64,000 nucleotides of DNA, taken from contig CAWJJC010000006.1 in the NCBI GenBank assembly GCA_963843145.1, positions 91,998-155,997 on the forward strand, written 5' to 3'. The position numbers were made by a program, and so were the translations under genes. The stretch comes from an uncultured delta proteobacterium (GTDB lineage Bacteria > Desulfobacterota > RBG-13-43-22). Positions 10,293 through 20,452 of the stretch are shown piece after piece (position 1 is the stretch's first letter; each line of letters starts with the position of its first letter). A model generated the notes under the pieces. It did not search any database. It saw only the letters and a list, made by a program, of their open reading frames with translations, and was not told the origin of the DNA.

Positions 10293-11081
10293 ATGTTTTT
10301 GTTCATCCGTCAGCACCTCCAGGAAGTATTCCGCTACCGCAGCCTGGTCAACAGCCTGATCCTCCGGGAACTAAAGGCCCGCTACCGGGGATCGATCCTG
10401 GGATTTCTCTGGACCTTCCTCAACCCCCTGCTGCTACTGGGGGTCTATGCCCTGGTTTTCAACGTCTACTTTCGTATCCAGATGGAGCACTACGCCGGTT
10501 TCATGTTTGCCGGCCTGCTTCCCTGGATCTGGTTTTCCTCCTCCCTGATCGAAGGTACCAACGCCATTACCTCCGGGGGCAGCCTGATCACCAAGGTGCT
10601 TTTTCCGGGGCAGCTCCTGCCCCTGGTCAAGGTCGGTTCCAATCTGATGAATTTCCTCCTGAGCCTGCCGATTCTCTTTATCTTTTTGGGCTTCATGGGC
10701 ATCTACCCGAGTTGGGCCCTCTGCTGGTTGCCTTTGGTTCTTCTAATTCATTTTGTTTTCATCGCCGGACTGGTGTTGGGCCTGGCTACATTAAATGTCT
10801 TTTTGCGGGACATCCAGCATATCCTGGCCAACCTCTTGACACTCTGGTTCTTCCTGACCCCGATCCTTTATCCGCTCACCCAGGTGCCGGGGCCTTTCAA
10901 AAAGATCGTGCTGCTTAACCCGGCCGCCCTCTTTACCCTGGCCTACCAGGATATTTTTTTTTACCGGCGCAATCCGGATCCCTGGCACCTGATTCCTTCC
11001 CTGATCCTGTCGGTCTTCATCTTGGGTTTGGGAATCGCTCTCTTTGAACACTACAAGGAGACCCTGGCGGAAAAGCTATAA
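10293..11081 (+). CDS. wzm: Polysaccharide ABC exporter permease (Wzm)
   Basis: RELKARYRGS.LG.LW..LNPL, ABC-2 TM pattern. Confidence 0.9.
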   Translation: MFLFIRQHLQEVFRYRSLVNSLILRELKARYRGSILGFLWTFLNPLLLLGVYALVFNVYFRIQMEHYAGFMFAGLLPWIWFSSSLIEGTNAITSGGSLITKVLFPGQLLPLVKVGSNLMNFLLSLPILFIFLGFMGIYPSWALCWLPLVLLIHFVFIAGLVLGLATLNVFLRDIQHILANLLTLWFFLTPILYPLTQVPGPFKKIVLLNPAALFTLAYQDIFFYRRNPDPWHLIPSLILSVFILGLGIALFEHYKETLAEKL

Positions 11082-11085
11082 TCTT

Positions 11086-12342
11086 ATGATGAACTCGGCC
11101 ATCACCATTCAAGGCGTTTCCAAGTCCTTCAAGAAAATCATCCTGCGCGGGAATCATACCACGCTGAAGACCTGGCTGCTCAAACCCTACTCGCTGTTGT
11201 CTAAATCCCACGGCGAACGGCTGGAAGTCTTTTCCGGCTTGGATCTGGAAATTCCTCAAGGGATCAGCCTGGGGGTCATCGGTCGCAACGGATCGGGGAA
11301 AAGCACCCTCTTGAAGCTGCTGGCCGGCATTTACAAGCCCGACGCCGGGACCATCCGGATCAACGGCCGGATCTCGTCGCTGATTGAACTAGGCGCCGGA
11401 TTCCACCCCGAGTTCACCGGCCGGGAAAATGTGTTCATCAACGGTGCGGTCTTAGGCTTAAGCCGCAAGGAAATCCAGGCCCGGTTTGAACAAATCGTTC
11501 GCTTCGCCGAACTCGAGTCTTTTATTGACGCCCCGGTCCGGACCTATTCTTCCGGGATGTATATCCGCCTCGGTTTTTCGGTGGCCGTCAATGTGGACCC
11601 GGACATCCTCCTGGTGGACGAGGTCCTGGCCGTGGGGGATGAATCCTTTTCCCATAAGTGTATCGATAAAATGAGCGCCTTTAAAAAGGCCGGGAAGACC
11701 ATTGTCCTGGTCACCCATGATCTGCCTACGGTGGAACGCTTCTGCGAGCTGGCCGTCTGGCTGGATGGGGGCTGCCTGCGGGCCCAGGGCGATCCCCGGC
11801 AGGTAATCGACGCCTACCGGCAGGAGGTGGCCCGCTGGGAAGAGAATCGCTTCCAGGAGGAACGTCCCGAAGAGGCGTGCCTCTCCCCGGCCGGCTTGCT
11901 GTCCAAGAACCGCTGGGGCAATGGAGACCTGGAAATTACCCGCGTCCGGACTTTGGATGACCAAGGGCAGGATCGCCATGTCTTTCAGGAGGGCGAGGAT
12001 ATCACCATTGAAATGGAATATCAGTTCCACCGGCCTACCCGCGATGTGGTCTTCGGAATCGGAATATTTAGTGGTGAGGGGACCTGCGGTTACGGTACCA
12101 ATACGGACTCGGATCAAATCGATTTGCCGGAACTGGGGTCCCGGGGGTGCATCGGATTCAAGCTGGAAAAACCCCAGCTCATCGAAGGGACCTACTTCCT
12201 GGATGTGGCCGCCCATGCCCGGGACGGACACGCTTATGATTATCAAAGTCGCTGTGTTTCCCTGGCCATTCGTTCGTCTTTTAAGGATACGGGGTTTTAC
12301 CGGATCCCCCATCGCTGGATCCTCCCCGGAGGGGATCCTTAG
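11086..12342 (+). CDS. wzt: Polysaccharide ABC exporter ATPase with C-terminal carbohydrate-binding domain (Wzt)
   Basis: GRNGSGKST, YSSGM, LLVDEVLAVGD; about 140-aa beta-rich C-terminal extension. Confidence 0.9.
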   Translation: MMNSAITIQGVSKSFKKIILRGNHTTLKTWLLKPYSLLSKSHGERLEVFSGLDLEIPQGISLGVIGRNGSGKSTLLKLLAGIYKPDAGTIRINGRISSLIELGAGFHPEFTGRENVFINGAVLGLSRKEIQARFEQIVRFAELESFIDAPVRTYSSGMYIRLGFSVAVNVDPDILLVDEVLAVGDESFSHKCIDKMSAFKKAGKTIVLVTHDLPTVERFCELAVWLDGGCLRAQGDPRQVIDAYRQEVARWEENRFQEERPEEACLSPAGLLSKNRWGNGDLEITRVRTLDDQGQDRHVFQEGEDITIEMEYQFHRPTRDVVFGIGIFSGEGTCGYGTNTDSDQIDLPELGSRGCIGFKLEKPQLIEGTYFLDVAAHARDGHAYDYQSRCVSLAIRSSFKDTGFYRIPHRWILPGGDP

Positions 12343-12478
12343 AGTACACCGAGCCCCAGCTTCTAAGGAGTGCCCGCGAAGGATGGTACGAATTGACCTG
12401 GCGGGGACTTTCGCAGGGCCGGGTTCAGACCTACGCTGACGAAAAGACCAGTTACTAAAATGCCTATTGACTTAGCTC

Positions 12479-12515
12479 GTCATTCCGGACAAGCGAAGCG
12501 CGATCCGGAATCCAG
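12479..12515. repeat. REP-like palindromic repeat (GTCATTCCGG...CCGGAATCCAG family)
   Basis: Related copies at about 3364-3390, 17803-17880, 41064-41190 and 48397-48504. Confidence 0.7.
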
Positions 12516-12664
12516 GGCTGTTGAAGCCCCCAAATGTTCTGGATAGTGAGTTGTGTCAAATAATGATAATCCTGATGACTAAGACGATATTTCCTAGGAT
12601 TCGGATGTCTCCGAAGAATTAAATCAATAAATATTTTAATTAGTAATCGGTAACAGGATAAACC

Positions 12665-13975
12665 ATGACCAGGGAACAGACCGCATCTCCAGCCCCAGCC
12701 GTGAATGTGCAGGAAATTATGGAAGGTATTCGCCAAAAGATCGACGAAAAGAAAAAGAGCGGCGAATACACCGCGGAGGAACTGGAACGGATCGATCGCT
12801 ATGTGCTGCAGATCGAGGCCGAGGGCTATAACACTCCGGAAGAGGACCTTCGCCATCACCTGTCCCTGTTCAATTATCTGTTCGACACCCTCCAGGCACC
12901 GGAGTTGAGCTTCCCACCGAAAACGGCTCGGGTGGGATGGTCACCGGTCTGAAAAAGACCTTCCTTCGGATCACGTGAGCCCTACAGGCAGATGATTGCT
13001 CAAGCGGCAGGTGGATTTCAACGCCGAAATAGTGCGGCTGCTGAACCAACTGGTGGGTGATTATCGTTATCGGGTCAACACCTTGGAACAGCAACTTATA
13101 AAAATGACGGAGGAGCAGCAGGCCCAGCAGAAAGGTGCGGAGGCCTTAAGCCGCCGGCTGGCCGACTTAGTCCAGGAAATTCGGGCCCAAAAAATATCCG
13201 TCGAGGATCTCCTGGCTGGGTTGCGCTCCGGGAAAGGGGCCGGGGGGACGGGCCCGGCCGCACCGGAAGAGGGTGCCGAACGCCTTCGGGCTTTTGAGTA
13301 TCTGCTGTTTGAAAACCGACACCGGGGTTCAGAGGCGGAGATCAAGGGCAGACAGCAGCGTCTACCTGCCGTACTTCAAGAATTCCGGGTCGGTACTGGA
13401 TATCGGCTGCGGCCGGGGGGAATTCCTGGAGCTGTTAAAAGGGGCGGGTATCCCGGCCCAGGGGGTGGAATTAAACCCCGAAATGGTTCAGGTGGCGCAA
13501 CAGAAAGGGGTAGCGGTCATCCAGGGGGACGGTTTGGAACACTTGCAGACTCTTCCCGAACAGAAATTGGGTGGGATTTTTCTTATCCCAGGTCATAGAA
13601 CATCTGGGGCCTGAAAATTTAAGGGAACTGGTCCGGACGGCCTTCCTCAAATTGGAGTCCGGAGGGGTCCTTCTGGCCGAGACCGTCAATCCCCAATGTC
13701 TGACGACCTTCAGCGGCGCTTTTTATGTGGACCTTTCCCATCACAATCCCATTCACCCGGAAGCGGCCCGCTTTTTATGGGAATCCGTAGGATTCCGTCA
13801 GGTGAAGATCCTTTATGTCTCTCCTTATCCCCCGGAGATGCGGCTGAAGGAAATGGTCCGCCGGGATGACGAGTCCTATGAAGACGAAACCGCCCGGGTG
13901 CTAAATGAAAACGTTCGGCGGCTGAACGACCTGCTATACGGATACCAGGACTATGCCGTCATCGGAATCAAGTAG
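12665..13975 (+). CDS. Coiled-coil + class I SAM methyltransferase (glycan capping type), split by several indels
   Basis: Fragments RQVDFNAEIVRLLNQ (coiled coil), FENRHRGS..EIK, VLDIGCGRGEFL, QVIEHL, ETVNP, YGYQDYAVIG lie in successive frames. Confidence 0.75.
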
Positions 13976-13990
13976 AAAAAGGTTTCCCTG

Positions 13991-16309
13991 ATGAAAATCG
14001 CCTTCATTTGTCCCTGGTACGGCAAAGATATCGCCGGCGGGGCGGAGGCCGAATGCCGCCGGACCGTGGAGAACCTGCATCAGCGGGGCGTCGCCGTCGA
14101 AGTCTGGACCACCTGCCTGCGCGATTTCGAGGGCGACTGGTCCCTGAACCACTACCGGGTCGGCGATTATCAGGTGGAGGGGATCCCGGTTAAACGATTC
14201 GCCGTCAGCCGCCGGAACGGTGAATTATTCGGCCGCCTGAATCAGCAGATCATGAATGGGGAATCGGTCACCAGGGAAGAGGAAAACCTTTTTTTCGAAA
14301 ACATGATCAACAGTCCGGGACTCTGTCAACACATCCAGCGGCACGGTTCGGAGGCCCTGCTGGTCTTTATTCCCTACCTCTTCAGCACCACCTTTTTCGG
14401 GTCCCGGATCCATCCGGACCGGACCTTTATCATCCCCTGCCTGCACGACGAGGGGTATTCCCGGTTGCCCCTGTTGCAAGAATGTTATCACCAGGCCCGG
14501 GGGTTGATATTCCATACCCGGGCCGAAATGGAACTGGGCATCGACCGGTTTCGGTTGCGGGCGGACCAGTGCCATTTATTCGGGGAGGGGATCGATACGG
14601 ACATCACTCCGGAAGCCGAACGCTTCCGGCAGAAATACGCCCTGAAGGACCCTTATGTCCTGTATGCCGGTCGACGAGATTCCGGTAAGAACACCCCGCT
14701 GTTGATGAATTTTTTCGCCCTGTACAAGAAACGATTCCCCTCTCCGCTCCGGCTGGTCCTGATCGGCAATATCCCGGTCCGGATCCCTCTGGAGCGGCGG
14801 GAGGATATCCTGGATTTCGGCTTTGTCCCCCGCCAGGACAAGATCGACGCCTACGGGGGGGCGGCCCTGTTTTGCCAGCCTTCGGTGATGGAGAGTTTCT
14901 CCATCGTGATTATGGAGGCTTGGCTGTGCGGCACGCCCGTTCTGGTCAACGCCCGCTGCCCGGTCACGGTGGAGCATTGCCTGCAAAGCCAGGGCGGACT
15001 GTTTTTTGAAGACTATCTGGAGTTTGAAGGCTGTCTGCAGGTGATCTGGGAACAGCCGGAACTTACCCAAAACTTAGCCGAGAACGGACGGCGATATGTG
15101 TTGGATCAGTTCCACTGGGATCGGGTATGCGAAAAATTCATCTACCTTTTCCGGCGAACCTGGGAGGAAATCGGAACCTCCCGATCCTTCGCCGCGCAGG
15201 AGACTTCCATGGCCTTACCGCCCAAATCGAACCCCTCCCGGTGCATTCATCAGCTTCTTCCCGATTTCAGTTACGGAGATGCTATCGGAAACGATGTCCT
15301 TGGCATCCAGAAGGTGCTCCGGTCCTGGGGCTTGGATTCGGAGGTCTATGCGCAACATGTGCATCCCAAACTGGCCGGGGTGGCGCGCCCGGTCTGGGAA
15401 TACCGGGAAGTGAGCGGCTTCAACCGGGTGCTCCTCTTCCATTTCTCCATCGGGTCGGAGGTGTCGGAATTCGTCCGGAGGCTGCCGGACCGCAAGATTC
15501 TCATCTACCACAACATCACCCCGCCCCATTTTTTTCGGGGCATCAACCCGGAAGTGGAGCGGCGCTGCGCTTTGGGGATCGAGGAGTTGAAGCTCCTGGC
15601 CCCTTATTTTGATTTAGGGTTGGGGGTCTCCGAATATAACCGGCAGGAACTGGAAAAGGCGGGATTCAAGAAAACAGGCGTTTTGCCCATTTTTTTGGAC
15701 TTTCAAGACTATTATCTGGCTCCGGACGAAGCGTTAAAAAAAGACCTGACCGATGGCCGGATTAACATTCTCCACGTGGGACGCATCGCCCCGCAGAAAA
15801 AAATCGAAGACCTGATTCGGGTCTTTTACCTGTTTCAAGCCCGCCACCGGCCGGACAGCCGCCTGATTCTGGTCGGCACCGACAACGGCATGCGCAACTA
15901 TGGGCGGGCGCTCAGAAAGATGGCCGAGGAGTTGGGTCTCAAGGAAAAGGTAACCTTCGCCGGGTTCGCCACCTTCCGGGAATTGGTCACCTATTATTCC
16001 CAGGCCCAGGCCTATCTTTGTTTGAGTGAGCACGAGGGCTTCTGCGTCCCCTTGATGGAAAGCATGTTTTTCGGTCTACCGGTGATCGCCTATTTAACCG
16101 GCGGCATCTCCGAGACCCTGGGTGGGGCCGGCATTGGTCTGAAGGAAAAAAACTGGGAAGAGATCGCTGAAACCCTGGCCCTGGTCATCGAGGACCCTGT
16201 TTTCCGGGAAGGAATCATCGCCGGTCAGAAAGAACGTTTGAAGGACCTCAGTCTGGAGGCGAATAGTGCCCGTCTGCGGGTTCTGCTGGAGCCCTTTCTG
16301 GGGAAATAG
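13991..16309 (+). CDS. Glycosyltransferase with two GT4 domains
   Basis: Two E-x7-E motifs (ESFSIVIME, EGFCVPLME) in two GT-B modules. Confidence 0.9.
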   Translation: MKIAFICPWYGKDIAGGAEAECRRTVENLHQRGVAVEVWTTCLRDFEGDWSLNHYRVGDYQVEGIPVKRFAVSRRNGELFGRLNQQIMNGESVTREEENLFFENMINSPGLCQHIQRHGSEALLVFIPYLFSTTFFGSRIHPDRTFIIPCLHDEGYSRLPLLQECYHQARGLIFHTRAEMELGIDRFRLRADQCHLFGEGIDTDITPEAERFRQKYALKDPYVLYAGRRDSGKNTPLLMNFFALYKKRFPSPLRLVLIGNIPVRIPLERREDILDFGFVPRQDKIDAYGGAALFCQPSVMESFSIVIMEAWLCGTPVLVNARCPVTVEHCLQSQGGLFFEDYLEFEGCLQVIWEQPELTQNLAENGRRYVLDQFHWDRVCEKFIYLFRRTWEEIGTSRSFAAQETSMALPPKSNPSRCIHQLLPDFSYGDAIGNDVLGIQKVLRSWGLDSEVYAQHVHPKLAGVARPVWEYREVSGFNRVLLFHFSIGSEVSEFVRRLPDRKILIYHNITPPHFFRGINPEVERRCALGIEELKLLAPYFDLGLGVSEYNRQELEKAGFKKTGVLPIFLDFQDYYLAPDEALKKDLTDGRINILHVGRIAPQKKIEDLIRVFYLFQARHRPDSRLILVGTDNGMRNYGRALRKMAEELGLKEKVTFAGFATFRELVTYYSQAQAYLCLSEHEGFCVPLMESMFFGLPVIAYLTGGISETLGGAGIGLKEKNWEEIAETLALVIEDPVFREGIIAGQKERLKDLSLEANSARLRVLLEPFLGK

Positions 16310-16381
16310 GGGGGGGCGAGATCTATGAATTCGAAGCACGACATTCGAAAAGGTTTTGTTTTGAACATTTGACTATTTCAC

Positions 16382-16846
16382 ATGAAAAAACTTAAGGAAC
16401 GCTATTCCCATCTCGATCTGGCTTATCTCAAGGAAAGCCTGATCACCACCGGGCGCACCGGCAACCAGTTTCTCCGCTTTTCCCTGGTGGGCGCCAGCGG
16501 AGTGGTGGTCAACCTGGCCGTGTACACCCTGGCCATTTATGTTTTCAACCTCCATTACCTCCTGGCCGCGACCCTTTCTTTTTTGGTGGCCATGACCAAT
16601 AATTTTCTCCTGAACCGCTATTGGACCTTTAAGACCCACCAATCGACCACCCAGGGGTTCGGGGGCCAGTACTTCAAATATTTCCTGGTCACCTTATTCG
16701 GGTATACGGTGAACATGGTCCTCTTATGGGTCTTTATTGACGGTTTTCACTGGGACAAGATTTTTTCTCAATTGGTGGCTATTCTGGTAACTACCCTGAG
16801 TAATTTTATCGGCAGCAAGATGTGGGCCTTCAAGGCCGGTAATTAA
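16382..16846 (+). CDS. GtrA-family flippase-like membrane protein
   Basis: QFLRFSLVG, NFLLNRYWTF, 4 TMs. Confidence 0.88.
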   Translation: MKKLKERYSHLDLAYLKESLITTGRTGNQFLRFSLVGASGVVVNLAVYTLAIYVFNLHYLLAATLSFLVAMTNNFLLNRYWTFKTHQSTTQGFGGQYFKYFLVTLFGYTVNMVLLWVFIDGFHWDKIFSQLVAILVTTLSNFIGSKMWAFKAGN

Positions 16847-16888
16847 TAATTAATAATCAATAATCAATTGTTAATTATTAATTGTTAA
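16840..16888. repeat. AT-rich heptamer palindromic array
   Basis: TAATTAA TAATTAA TAATCAA TAATCAA TTGTTAA TTATTAA TTGTTAA between convergent genes. Confidence 0.85.
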
Positions 16889-16890
16889 CC

Positions 16891-17217
16891 CTATCGCCAG
16901 TGGCCCGGCCTCCAGCCCCAACCCCGAGGACCGGTATGATGCCAGTAGCCCGGCGCCCAGACTGCGCCATATCGGGGGGGCCGTTCCCAGTACCCTCGGT
17001 TCCAGGCCCAGCCGCGGCCGCTATAACCCCAATAACCTCCAAGCCAGACCGCTCCGGGATAGGGAATCGCCGGAACGACTTCCACCATGGGTTCCGGCGG
17101 GGGACCCGGGGCGTAGATCCCGTCCATGGGTGGCGGTCCGGGTACGTAAGCCAGGCAGCCGGCCAGGGCTACGGCGGCGAATAGCGAGAACATCAAAAAC
17201 AAAAGATCCTTTTTCAT
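16891..17217 (-). CDS. WXXGXW-repeat lipoprotein
   Basis: Lipobox LAGC, Pro-rich segment, repeated W..G.W motifs. Confidence 0.85.
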   Translation of the reverse strand: MKKDLLFLMFSLFAAVALAGCLAYVPGPPPMDGIYAPGPPPEPMVEVVPAIPYPGAVWLGGYWGYSGRGWAWNRGYWERPPRYGAVWAPGYWHHTGPRGWGWRPGHWR

Positions 17218-17928
17218 ATTAATCCTCCTTTTTTTGTTAGACCACCCTAAGCCTGGATAAGTTAAAAAACAGAATATTACGACTTCCTGCCGTCATATTT
17301 TTTCCCCATTTGACCGACGGCTTTTTTAATTATCTCGACCTACCGATCCGGTTCAATCAACTCTTAGCGATCTACCGACCTGGTCTCCAGGCCCTTTGGG
17401 CTGAATGCCGGGCTGCCCAGTCCATCAACTCAACCACCACTTCAGAGACCTCATCCTTGATGACCCGAACCATCGGTTGAAGGTTTTTTTCAAAATCATA
17501 ATCCGTTCAAAAATAAGCCCTAGCAAATGGAATTTGGGGCCAGAAAAGAATTGATCCCGGGTTTGAGTTTTAAGATGACAAACTAATCTGATCCCTTCTT
17601 TTTTCGACTTTCCACCATTCATACCGCTACCTTTTTACTCGCCACACCGTGTTATCGGATTCCCTAATAATTAGGTATGGCCCGCCCATCATTACTGGAA
17701 TAACTTCCATAGATACTCTTCCATAAACAGCGGCGAAAAAGAGAAGGCCCCCCCTGCTTTAAATATTGACCCCTTTCTAAAAGATTGGAGAATCCCTTTT
17801 CCGTTATTCCCGTGCGAAGAGGAATCCAGGTTTTTCAGGCAGTTCCAACTTCTCAGGGTCGCATTCGCGAGGGAAGGACGTCTTCTGTTGAACTGGATCT
17901 GGCAGGCCAGATCCAGTTCTCAGGGCAC

Positions 17929-17944
17929 TGGCATGCGTCTTGCT
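17929..17944 (+). promoter_or_regulatory. Sigma54 (-24/-12) promoter
   Basis: TGGCATGCGTCTTGCT has the GG-N10-GC spacing; preceded by a perfect 13-bp inverted repeat (17890-17919). Confidence 0.65.
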
Positions 17945-18024
17945 GTATTAATTAGGTGCGGGTTCCCGAGTTAGTCCATTAAGCTGAAAGAAATTTAAAT
18001 CTTCCCGCTTGTAGGAGGTGAGAA

Positions 18025-18189
18025 ATGGTTTCATTTTTTCTGGGAATGTTTTTCGGCGTATTTTTCGGAGTATTCTTTTTCGCTTTATTGCAGGCGTCAA
18101 GGATAAAGGGGGCGGTACCAAGGGTAACCGGAAGCACTATGCCTCCCGACCAAGGCTTCGAGAGGGTGTCAAGTAAACTCGCTTTTTAA
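18025..18189 (+). CDS. 54-aa small membrane protein (absent from the ORF track)
   Basis: AGGAGG RBS; MVSFFLGMFFGVFFGVFFFALLQASR, single TM with GxxxG repeats. Confidence 0.6.
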   Translation: MVSFFLGMFFGVFFGVFFFALLQASRIKGAVPRVTGSTMPPDQGFERVSSKLAF

Positions 18190-18427
18190 AGCAAGTCGGG
18201 TTCAACCTCAACCCAAATCCTCCCCGCATTTTTAGAAGGGTCCTTTTCGTAATAGTTTAATCTTCAAGACTTTGGTACTGCGTAGTAGTAGGTGAACGTA
18301 GATCGTCGGGGGTGAAGAGGCCTTTTCCCCAAGGATATCATCAACTTCTTCCTGAAGTCCTCAATTTGTCATCTTGAATAAAACGGAAGAGTGCAAACGC
18401 TATTCAATGAAAATAATTTAAGAAGTT

Positions 18428-18561
18428 TTGTTTTTATGGTAATAAAGAGATAGAAGCTCTTAAAAAATTAACCAGGTTTTCATCTTAGCAACCTTACTAT
18501 CAAGGGAGTGTAGATGGCAGAAAATTAGACCCCATTTCTCAGGAGAGAGATGGGGTTTTTT
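18428..18561 (+). promoter_or_regulatory. Leader of the HD-GYP gene: putative promoter, RBS + MAEN minigene, terminator hairpin
   Basis: AAGGGAG..ATG GCA GAA AAT TAG (18514-18528) then GACCCCATTTCTC-AGGA-GAGAGATGGGGTTTTTT. Confidence 0.6.
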
Positions 18562-18592
18562 ATTGTGAATGCCTCAACCGGAGATTTCTATA

Positions 18593-20452
18593 ATGAATGA
18601 TAACAGGAAGACCAAAAAACTACTGATCCTGGAATTGGAAGATCTTCGCCGGAGGACTGCTGAACTGGAACAATCTGAATCAAGACGCAAGCGGGCGGAG
18701 TCCAAACGGCAGGTTTCGTTCGAGACGCCGGGCAAGAGACATTCATTGATTCGTTCTATTACTGATTCGGCCCAGGATGCCATATTGATGATGGGCCCCA
18801 CGGGTTGCATCTCATTCTGGAATCCAGCGGCTGAACGTATCTTTGGCTACACGAGTAAGGAGGCCATCGGTCAGGATTTGCATCAATTCCTTGCCCCAAA
18901 GCGTTACTGGGAAGAATGCCATGCTGCATTTTCCAAGTTTAAAAAAACCGGTCAAGGCGAGGCTTTGGACAAGACCATCGAACTACAGGCGTGCAGAAAG
19001 AATGGTGGCGAACTCCCCATCGAACTGTCTCTTGCCGCTATTCATCGTGAGGATGGTTGGTATGCATTGGGGATCATACGCGACATCACCAAAAGCAAGC
19101 AGGCGGAGGCAGTGCTGCGGGAGTCGGAAGAAAGGTACCGGATGCTTTTTGAGGGGAGCATGCACGGTATACTTATAACCGATATTGGAACGGGGCGGTT
19201 TGTAGATGCTAATTTATCTATCTGCCGGATGCTCGGATATTCAAAAGCAGAGTTGCTGCAGTTAGGTGTAGCGGACATTCACCCAAAGGACTTGCGGGAC
19301 CATGTTATGTCAGAGATCGAGTCTCAAGTACGAGGTGGTCAGTCGGTATCTGGCACGATTCCGTGCCTGCGGAAAGACAGCACAGTTTTTTATGCTGAGA
19401 TCGCTGGCACTAGCACCATCTTTCATGGGCGGGAGTGCGCCGTGGGCTTCTTTATGGATATCACTGACCGCAGGCTGACGGAGGAGGCGCTGTACAACAG
19501 TGAACAACGCCTACGCACGCTGGTGCAGGCTATCCCTGACCTGATCTGGCTGAAAGACAAAGATGGTGTCTATCTCTCATGCAATACAATGTTCGAGCGG
19601 TTTTTCGGTGCCAGGGAAGCGGACATCGCCGGAAAAACCGATTACGACTTTATAGACCGGGAACTTGCCGACGCCTTCCGCGAGCATGACAATAAGGCCA
19701 TGGCGGCGGGGAAGACCACCAGCAACGAAGAATGGATCACCTTCGCAGACGATGGCCATCGTGTCTTTCTGGATACAATCAAGACGCCGATGTACAATGC
19801 TCAGGGAACGCTCATCGGCGTGCTGGGTATCGGGCGCGATATCACCGACCGCAGGTCGGTCGAGCGGATTAGAAAGGCTTTGGGAGGGACCGTCCAGGCC
19901 ATTTCTGTGACCGTTGAGGCGAGGGATCCCTACACGGCTGGCCATCAACGGAGGGTGGCTGATCTGGCTCGTGCGATTGCCACGGAGATGAACCTTCCTC
20001 TCGATATAATCGATGGGGTCCGCATGGCCGCTTCCATCCATGATCTCGGCAAGATATCCCTTCCTGCTGAAATCCTTAGTAAACCGACAAAATTAAGAAA
20101 ATCGGAGTTTGATCTGATCAAAGAGCATTCACAATCCGGTTACGATATATTGAAGGACATTGACTTCCCCTGGCCCGTTGCCAGGATAGTTCTGGAGCAT
20201 CATGAAAGGGTGAATGGTTCCGGATATCCGAATGGTTTAATGGGAGACAATATTCTTCTGGAGTCACGGATCCTGGCCGTGGCCGATGTGGTGGAATCTA
20301 TGGGCTCCCACCGTCCCTATCGTCCCTCCCGGGGTATTGAGGCAGCCCTTGAGGAAATCGAGAAGAATAAAGGAACCTTTTACGACAACACTGTCGCGGA
20401 TGCCTGTATGAGATTATTTCGGGAAAAAGGTTATCAACTGCAACAAACCTGA
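18593..20452 (+). CDS. PAS-PAS-PAS-HD-GYP c-di-GMP phosphodiesterase
   Basis: RDPYTAGHQRRV, HDLGK, HHERVNGSGYP; start chosen by alignment with the GGDEF paralog. Confidence 0.92.
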   Translation: MNDNRKTKKLLILELEDLRRRTAELEQSESRRKRAESKRQVSFETPGKRHSLIRSITDSAQDAILMMGPTGCISFWNPAAERIFGYTSKEAIGQDLHQFLAPKRYWEECHAAFSKFKKTGQGEALDKTIELQACRKNGGELPIELSLAAIHREDGWYALGIIRDITKSKQAEAVLRESEERYRMLFEGSMHGILITDIGTGRFVDANLSICRMLGYSKAELLQLGVADIHPKDLRDHVMSEIESQVRGGQSVSGTIPCLRKDSTVFYAEIAGTSTIFHGRECAVGFFMDITDRRLTEEALYNSEQRLRTLVQAIPDLIWLKDKDGVYLSCNTMFERFFGAREADIAGKTDYDFIDRELADAFREHDNKAMAAGKTTSNEEWITFADDGHRVFLDTIKTPMYNAQGTLIGVLGIGRDITDRRSVERIRKALGGTVQAISVTVEARDPYTAGHQRRVADLARAIATEMNLPLDIIDGVRMAASIHDLGKISLPAEILSKPTKLRKSEFDLIKEHSQSGYDILKDIDFPWPVARIVLEHHERVNGSGYPNGLMGDNILLESRILAVADVVESMGSHRPYRPSRGIEAALEEIEKNKGTFYDNTVADACMRLFREKGYQLQQT

